A DNA stretch of 64,000 nucleotides from an uncultured Candidatus Poseidoniales archaeon (lineage in GTDB: Archaea > Thermoplasmatota > Poseidoniia > Poseidoniales > Poseidoniaceae): the NCBI GenBank assembly GCA_902625885.1, contig CACODE010000006.1:8729-72728 (forward strand). Reading direction: 5' to 3'. How positions within the stretch are numbered: the first letter of the stretch is position 1; each line of letters starts with the position of its first letter. Below, one piece after another: positions 63,814 to 64,000 of the stretch. The notes beneath the pieces are model-generated. The model did not search any database. It was not told the DNA's origin and saw only the letters and a program-made list of their open reading frames with translations. The position numbers and the translations under genes are program-made.

Positions 63814-64000
63814 TCACATGGTTTCGATGCCGCGACTGAAATCACGGTTGCGCTTGATGTTGGTGAGCCCCGAGGTCAGTCGGGTTTCCATCTTCTGGTA
63901 GTACTCGAGCATGTCGGGTGTAACCGTTGGTCGAACACGGGAAATGGCTTCCTCGAAATGGGATTTGGTGACCTTTTTCTTGCCTGCTCTCATGCAAATC
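63814..64000 (-). CDS. AAA+ ATPase, CDC48/VAT-like, C-terminal fragment (5' part outside window)
   Basis: The minus-strand frame is open from the window edge to TGA at 63814-63816: ...ICMRAGKKKVTKSHFEEAISRVRPTVTPDMLEYYQKMETRL...IETM*. The block (H/D)FE.A...V.P(S/T)...(D/E)M..YY is typical of the end of the CDC48 D2 domain. Confidence 0.55.
   Translation of the reverse strand, partial: ICMRAGKKKVTKSHFEEAISRVRPTVTPDMLEYYQKMETRLTSGLTNIKRNRDFSRGIETM

Noticed and set aside
1-64000. CRISPR arrays, tandem repeats, rRNA genes and insertion sequences
   Set aside because: Reading both strands, I saw no periodic direct repeats with spacers, no rRNA-like conserved stretches and no transposase-like ORFs. 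A computational repeat scan (for example a self dot-plot or CRISPR finder) would be needed to exclude short or degenerate arrays.

Overview
This is a densely coding archaeal chromosomal segment with about 60 protein genes and one tRNA. I saw no rRNA, CRISPR array, transposase or integrase. Archaeal hallmarks include a thermosome, Alba, deoxyhypusine synthase, Bud32, FlaI/FlaJ-type pilus machinery, a PRC-barrel protein, a CDC48-type AAA tail and a tRNA-Gly without encoded CCA. GGTGA-type Shine-Dalgarno sites and TATA-like boxes about 25 nt before some start codons also fit an archaeon. The gene content suggests an uncultured heterotrophic marine Thermoplasmatota-like (MGII/MGIII-like) archaeon, but that placement is inference only. 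The relevant genes are 3-hydroxyacyl-CoA dehydrogenase, two crotonases, aldehyde dehydrogenase, anchored M14 and M17 peptidases, a giant glycoprotein-like surface protein, and bacterial-type DnaK and ThrRS. Most of the window is housekeeping: pyrBI, pyrG, thrS, nadA, the polyamine/hypusine genes, chaperones and HMG-CoA synthase. Five parts stand out. (i) At 55.5-59.3 kb there is an operon of a Roadblock/LC7 protein, a 1060-aa PATAN-like/Roadblock/coiled-coil giant and a 2-TM microprotein, with no partner GTPase in sight. (ii) Convergent to it is a DUF4350-like/DUF58/polytopic-membrane operon without a MoxR gene, lying downstream of PRC-barrel and CDC48-type genes. (iii) Related TTTTCCA..TGGA palindromes lie upstream of both operons. 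(iv) At 6.7-11.7 kb there is a type IV pilus-like locus with a split FlaJ/TadBC platform carrying a large extracytoplasmic insert, plus two pilin-like genes. (v) A cysteine-free Mrp/NBP35 homologue is paired with DUF971. All domain calls are by-eye motif recognition on the supplied translations, and none was verified by a database search. Several starts were moved from the ORF-track maximum to internal ATG/GTG codons with better SD or TATA context, and these remain uncertain.
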